Shown here piece by piece: positions 27,329 to 32,000 of a stretch of DNA of 32,000 bases. The DNA comes from Aquifex aeolicus VF5 (GTDB taxonomy: Bacteria > Aquificota > Aquificia > Aquificales > Aquificaceae). The stretch lies in NCBI RefSeq assembly GCF_000008625.1, contig NC_000918.1, positions 1,110,001 to 1,142,000 of the forward strand, written 5' to 3'. The notes beneath the pieces are model-generated. The model did not search any database. It had not been told where the DNA came from and was given only the letters and a program-made list of their open reading frames with translations. Numbering within the stretch: position 1 is the first letter of the stretch; every line of letters begins with the position of its first letter. Made by a program: the position numbers and the translations under genes.

Positions 27329-28486
27329 ATGAAGCTCCACGAACATCAGGCAAAGGAGATATTTGCAAAATACGGAATTCCCGTTCCGGAAGGCAAGGTG
27401 GCATTTTCCCTGAAGGAAGCAAAAGAAGTCGCAGAAGAACTCGGAGAATTTCCTCTCGTTGTAAAGGCTCAGATTCACTGCGGTGGTAGGGGTAAAGCAG
27501 GCGGAGTGAAGATAGTCAAGGACATGGACGAGCTGGAAAAGGCAGTTGAATCACTCCTCGGTAAGGTTCTAAAAACCTTTCAGTGTCCCGACGGAAAACC
27601 CGTAAACAGGGTACTCATAGAAAAGGCTACGAACATAGACAAGGAGTACTATCTTGCTATAACTTTGGACCGTTCAAAGTCCAAGCCCGTTATAATGGCT
27701 TCCGCAGCGGGCGGTATGGAAATTGAAGAAATAGTCAAAGAAAATCCAGAGGCGATAATAATCGAAACAATAGACCCAGAACTGGGACTTATGCCCTATC
27801 AGGCGAGGGAGCTTGCCTTTAAGTTGAACCTGCCCGTAAAGGAATTCGCAAGCATAGCCCTGAAACTTTACCAGATATATTCCGACCTTGACGCTTCACT
27901 CGTTGAGATAAATCCCCTCGTTCTCACAAAGGAAGGAAACCTTATAGCCCTTGACGCAAAACTCGACATAGACGACAACGCCCTCTTCAGGCACAAGGAC
28001 CTTGAAGAGATGGAAGACGAAACACAACTTCCACAACTTGAGGTGGAAGCCAAGAAGTACGGCCTTAACTACATAAAACTCAATGGAAATATAGGTTGTA
28101 TGGTTAACGGTGCGGGGCTCGCTATGGCGACTATGGACATAATCAAGCTCGCGGGAGGAGAACCCGCGAACTTCCTTGACGTGGGTGGTGGCGCGAACGT
28201 AGAGCAAATCGCGAACGCCTTCAGAATACTCATGGCGGACCCGGACGTGAAGGCGGTCTTCATAAATATATTCGGTGGAATACTGAGGGTGGACAGGCTG
28301 GCTCAGGGACTCATAGAAGCCTCCAAAATGGTAGAACTCAGAGTTCCCATTGTTGCGAGACTTGAAGGAACGAACGTTGAAGAAGGAAAGAGGATGCTCC
28401 AAGAGAGTGGACTCAACTTCATAATAGCGGAAGACATGTGGGACGGAGCGAAAAAGGCTGTGGAAATAGCGAATAAACAAAGCTAA
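27329..28486 (+). CDS. sucC: Succinyl-CoA synthetase (ADP-forming) beta subunit
   Basis: [70 protein letters not shown]. Confidence 0.97.
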   Translation: MKLHEHQAKEIFAKYGIPVPEGKVAFSLKEAKEVAEELGEFPLVVKAQIHCGGRGKAGGVKIVKDMDELEKAVESLLGKVLKTFQCPDGKPVNRVLIEKATNIDKEYYLAITLDRSKSKPVIMASAAGGMEIEEIVKENPEAIIIETIDPELGLMPYQARELAFKLNLPVKEFASIALKLYQIYSDLDASLVEINPLVLTKEGNLIALDAKLDIDDNALFRHKDLEEMEDETQLPQLEVEAKKYGLNYIKLNGNIGCMVNGAGLAMATMDIIKLAGGEPANFLDVGGGANVEQIANAFRILMADPDVKAVFINIFGGILRVDRLAQGLIEASKMVELRVPIVARLEGTNVEEGKRMLQESGLNFIIAEDMWDGAKKAVEIANKQS

Positions 28487-28497
28487 GGAGGTTAAAA

Positions 28498-29415
28498 ATG
28501 GCTATTTTGGTAAACAAAGATACCAAGGTGGTAGTTCAAGGTATAACGGGTAAAGAAGGTTCTTTCCACGCAAAGCAATGCAAAGAATACGGAACTCAGG
28601 TTGTCGCAGGAGTAACCCCCGGCAAGGGAGGAATGGAGGTAGAGGGAATTCCCGTATTCAACACTGTGAAGGAAGCGGTAAAAGAGACAGGTGCAAACTG
28701 TTCACTCATATTCGTTCCAGCCCCCTTTGCGGCGGACGCTATAGTGGAAGCTCTGGACGCGGGGATAGAACTCGTGGTGTGTATAACGGAAGGAATTCCC
28801 GTAAAAGACATGATGATGGTAAAGGACTACATGCTCAAGAACTATCCGAACGCTAAACTCGTAGGTCCCAACTGCCCCGGAGTGATTACCCCCGGAGAGG
28901 CGAAGGTGGGCATAATGCCCGGACACATATTCAAAAGAGGTAAAATAGGCATAGTTTCGAGGAGCGGAACCCTCACGTACGAGGCGGCTTATCAGCTCAC
29001 GAAGTACGGACTCGGGCAGTCCACTGCTGTTGGTATAGGCGGTGACCCCGTCCACGGACTCACACACAGGGATGTTATAGAGATGTTCAACAAGGACCCC
29101 GAAACGGAAGCCATTTTAATGATCGGAGAAATCGGTGGAACGGAAGAAGAGGAAGCTGCGGAGTACATAGAGAAGGAAGTTGACAAGCCCGTATTTGCCT
29201 ACATAGCCGGAATCACCGCGCCTCCCGGAAAGAGGATGGGACACGCGGGAGCTATCATCATGGGCGGAAAGGGAACGGCTAAGGCCAAGATGGAAGCCCT
29301 TGAAAAGGCGGGAGCTTACGTCATAGAGAATCCCGCAAAGATAGGTGAGACAGTGGCGAAAATACTGAAGGTTATAGAACTGGAAGAAGAAGAAAGGACT
29401 TCCGATGCTGAGTAA
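28498..29415 (+). CDS. sucD: Succinyl-CoA synthetase alpha subunit
   Basis: [53 protein letters not shown], phospho-His [14 protein letters not shown]. Confidence 0.98.
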   Translation: MAILVNKDTKVVVQGITGKEGSFHAKQCKEYGTQVVAGVTPGKGGMEVEGIPVFNTVKEAVKETGANCSLIFVPAPFAADAIVEALDAGIELVVCITEGIPVKDMMMVKDYMLKNYPNAKLVGPNCPGVITPGEAKVGIMPGHIFKRGKIGIVSRSGTLTYEAAYQLTKYGLGQSTAVGIGGDPVHGLTHRDVIEMFNKDPETEAILMIGEIGGTEEEEAAEYIEKEVDKPVFAYIAGITAPPGKRMGHAGAIIMGGKGTAKAKMEALEKAGAYVIENPAKIGETVAKILKVIELEEEERTSDAE

Positions 29416-29478
29416 GATTATATTAATATTTTTCTATTCGCATTATTTTTATGAAAAACCCTAAAGGAGGTAAGTGCT

Positions 29479-29709
29479 ATGGGACTTAAAGTTAGAGTAG
29501 ATCAGGACACCTGCACCGCTTGCGAGCTCTGCTACGATAGAATCCCCGAAGTCTTCAAGAACGCGGGAGACGGAATAGCGGACGTAGTCAAGTGCGACAT
29601 CGAAGACGACGAAGGATGCTGGATGATCGTTCCCGAAGGACTCGAAGAGGAAGTACAGGAAGTTGCAGACGAGTGCCCCAGCGGATCCATAATCGTAGAG
29701 GAAGAATAA
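29479..29709 (+). CDS. Ferredoxin, single [4Fe-4S] type (copy 1)
   Basis: DTCTACELCYDRIPEVF...CPSGSI; SD AAAGGAGG. Confidence 0.93.
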   Translation: MGLKVRVDQDTCTACELCYDRIPEVFKNAGDGIADVVKCDIEDDEGCWMIVPEGLEEEVQEVADECPSGSIIVEEE

Positions 29710-29767
29710 TCTTTTCCTTCCCCTCTTTTTCATAAATCTTTTTTCTTTTTCAAAGGAGGTCTGAGCC

Positions 29768-30010
29768 ATGGCAAAATTAAAGACCATGGTTGACCAGGAA
29801 ACCTGTACGGCTTGCGAGCTGTGTTACGATAGAGTTCCCGAGGTTTACAAGAACAGGGGAGACGGAATAGCGGATGTTGTCAAGTGTGACATAAAAGACG
29901 AGGAAGATCACTGCTGGATGATAGTCCCGGAAGGACTGGAAGACGAAGTCAGAGAAGTAGAAGAAGAGTGCCCCAGCGGTTCTATTATCGTTGAAGAACT
30001 CGAAGAGTGA
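29768..30010 (+). CDS. Ferredoxin, single [4Fe-4S] type (copy 2)
   Basis: ETCTACELCYDRVPEVY...CPSGSI; SD AAAGGAGG. Confidence 0.93.
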   Translation: MAKLKTMVDQETCTACELCYDRVPEVYKNRGDGIADVVKCDIKDEEDHCWMIVPEGLEDEVREVEEECPSGSIIVEELEE

Positions 30011-30756
30011 AAGTAATATTCCTAGGAACAGCGGGCGGAAGAGTTGTAACCTTCAACTTAATAAGGCGTTCTGGAGGTTTCCTTTTAGAGGAAAACAGCA
30101 GTTACCTTCACGTTGACCCCGGTCCCGGAGCTTTCGTTTACCTTCATCAGCTCGGTATAGATTACAAAAAAATAGATTTAATAGTCCTCTCCCACCTCCA
30201 CTTGGACCACTCAGCCGATGTGAATACGCTTATAGAGGCTGCCACAAACGGCGGTAAGTACAGAAACCTCTCTCTCTTTGCTCCCAAAAGTGCCCTTGAA
30301 GGAGCAGACCGAGTAGTTTTTCCCTACAACAGGCGAAGACTTGTCAAAGAAGAAACTTTCAGCGAAGGCTCGGAGCACCATTACAAAAACTGGAAAGTTA
30401 AGGCGGTAATAAAACACAAACACCACAGGACGGAAACTTACGGACTTTTTCTTCAAAACAAAGTGGTTTACGTTTCCTGCGCGGGATTCGAAGAAAGGAT
30501 GCTCACGCTTTACCCCAAAAACGCGGACTTGATGATAATAAATACAACCTTTTACAGGAAAAGACCCAACGTTGAACACCTTTCGGCGGAAGATGCAAAG
30601 GTTTTAATCTCTCACCTGAAACCTAAAAAAGCCGTAATAACACACTACTCCATGGAGATGCTACAGATAGGCCCCGATAAAGTTGCTGAGGAGATAACAA
30701 AAGAAACGGGAATTGAAACGATAGCGGCGAAAGACAACATGATTCTTGAGATATAA
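30007..30756 (+). CDS. Metallo-beta-lactamase-fold hydrolase (RNase Z-like family)
   Basis: IFLGTAGGRV, LSHLHLDHSADV (HxHxDH), VLISHLKPKKAVITHYS. Confidence 0.88.
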   Translation: MKVIFLGTAGGRVVTFNLIRRSGGFLLEENSSYLHVDPGPGAFVYLHQLGIDYKKIDLIVLSHLHLDHSADVNTLIEAATNGGKYRNLSLFAPKSALEGADRVVFPYNRRRLVKEETFSEGSEHHYKNWKVKAVIKHKHHRTETYGLFLQNKVVYVSCAGFEERMLTLYPKNADLMIINTTFYRKRPNVEHLSAEDAKVLISHLKPKKAVITHYSMEMLQIGPDKVAEEITKETGIETIAAKDNMILEI

Positions 30757-30764
30757 TTCAGTAA

Positions 30765-31145
<381 letters not shown>

Positions 31146-31157
31146 ATTAAAAATTTC

Positions 31158-32000
31158 ATGAAAACCCTCTACATTTTGGACGGCTCTTCATTCGTTTACA
31201 GAAGTTTCTTCGCACTCCCTCCCCTCAGTACAAGTAAAGGTTTTCCCACGAACGCTATATACGGTTTCTTGAGGATGTTATTTTCCCTTATTAAGAAAGA
31301 AAGACCTCAGTACTTGGTCGTGGTCTTTGATGCTCCCGCAAAGACAAAAAGGGAAAAAATATACGCAGACTATAAAAAACAAAGACCGAAAGCCCCGGAT
31401 CCACTAAAGGTTCAAATTCCCGTAATAAAGGAAATACTAAAACTCGCCGGTATACCCCTTTTAGAACTTCCCGGATACGAAGCAGACGACGTTATAGCTT
31501 ACTTGGCAGAAAAATTTTCCCAAAAAGGTTTTAAAGTAAAGATTTACTCCCCGGACAAAGACCTTTTACAGCTCGTGTCCGAAAACGTTCTGGTCATAAA
31601 CCCTATGAACGATGAAGTGTTCACAAAAGAAAGAGTAATAAAGAAGTTCGGAGTAGAACCCCAAAAAATACCAGACTACCTCGCACTCGTAGGAGATAAA
31701 GTGGACAACGTCCCCGGAATAGAAGGCGTAGGACCAAAAACGGCTATAAACATACTTAAAAAGTACGGCAGTGTGGAAAATATCTTAAAAAACTGGGAAA
31801 AGTTTCAAAGAGAGTTTCCAAGGGCAAAAAAAGAAGACTTAGAACTCTCCTACAAGCTCGTAAAACTCTACACGGATTTAGATATTGAACTCTCCGAAGA
31901 AGATTTAAAGATAAAACGACCTGATCTGAATAAACTAAAACAAAAACTTCAAGAACTTGAGATGAAGAGCCTTTTAAAAGAAGTGGATAAGATTTTCAGA
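31158..32000 (+). CDS. 5'-3' exonuclease (DNA polymerase I N-terminal-type / FEN), 3'-truncated by window
   Basis: LYILDGSSFVYRSFFALPPLSTSKGFPTNAIYGFLRML, FDAPAKTKREKIYADYKKQR, GYEADDVIAYLA, GDKVDNVPGIEGVGPKTAINIL; no stop before window end. Confidence 0.95.
   Translation, partial: MKTLYILDGSSFVYRSFFALPPLSTSKGFPTNAIYGFLRMLFSLIKKERPQYLVVVFDAPAKTKREKIYADYKKQRPKAPDPLKVQIPVIKEILKLAGIPLLELPGYEADDVIAYLAEKFSQKGFKVKIYSPDKDLLQLVSENVLVINPMNDEVFTKERVIKKFGVEPQKIPDYLALVGDKVDNVPGIEGVGPKTAINILKKYGSVENILKNWEKFQREFPRAKKEDLELSYKLVKLYTDLDIELSEEDLKIKRPDLNKLKQKLQELEMKSLLKEVDKIFR

Noticed and set aside
28069-29067. Several 60-190 aa antisense ORFs opposite sucC/sucD
   Set aside because: Sense strand encodes unmistakable SucC/SucD; antisense translations lack motifs and starts with SD.
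29710-29767. Pyrimidine/T-rich stretch after ferredoxin 1 as a terminator
   Set aside because: T-runs present but no convincing preceding GC-rich hairpin.

Overview
Gene-dense 32 kb window whose proteins look like a hyperthermophilic Aquificales genome (Aquifex aeolicus-like; this assignment is from memory of the families, no search was run). About 40 protein genes are supportable, most in tight or overlapping operons: C-term of glutamate synthase, MFS transporter, YqiA-like esterase, DUF501, YebC, MutL, lytic transglycosylase, PyrF, RsmG, PilZ, LolC/E, ATP synthase b/b'/delta, Ndk, a frameshifted PLP aminotransferase, FliI/FliH, Dus, rhodanese, prepilin peptidase, SecF, HPF, class IV aminotransferase, Dcd, ModA, RadC, UbiD, HisG-short, PycB/OadA, ComEC-like, SucC/SucD, two tandem ferredoxins, MBL hydrolase, an isolated phosphohexomutase-like domain and a stand-alone Pol I-type 5'-3' exonuclease (runs off the end). 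The most unusual region is the only long non-coding gap (about 18621-19090). It holds a solitary 29-nt CRISPR-type repeat (GTTTC...GAAAC), a 37-nt spacer-sized segment, and a degenerate second repeat, with no cas genes in the window. The spacer also carries a strong Shine-Dalgarno and the start of a 27-codon Cys-containing ORF. Other points of interest: three divergent gene pairs separated only by 13-19 nt of nearly pure A/T sequence without Shine-Dalgarno sites, a single-base frameshift splitting an aminotransferase, a 5-gene overlapping operon of unrelated functions, and a single-domain phosphohexomutase relic. No rRNA or tRNA was recognised and no transposon was seen.
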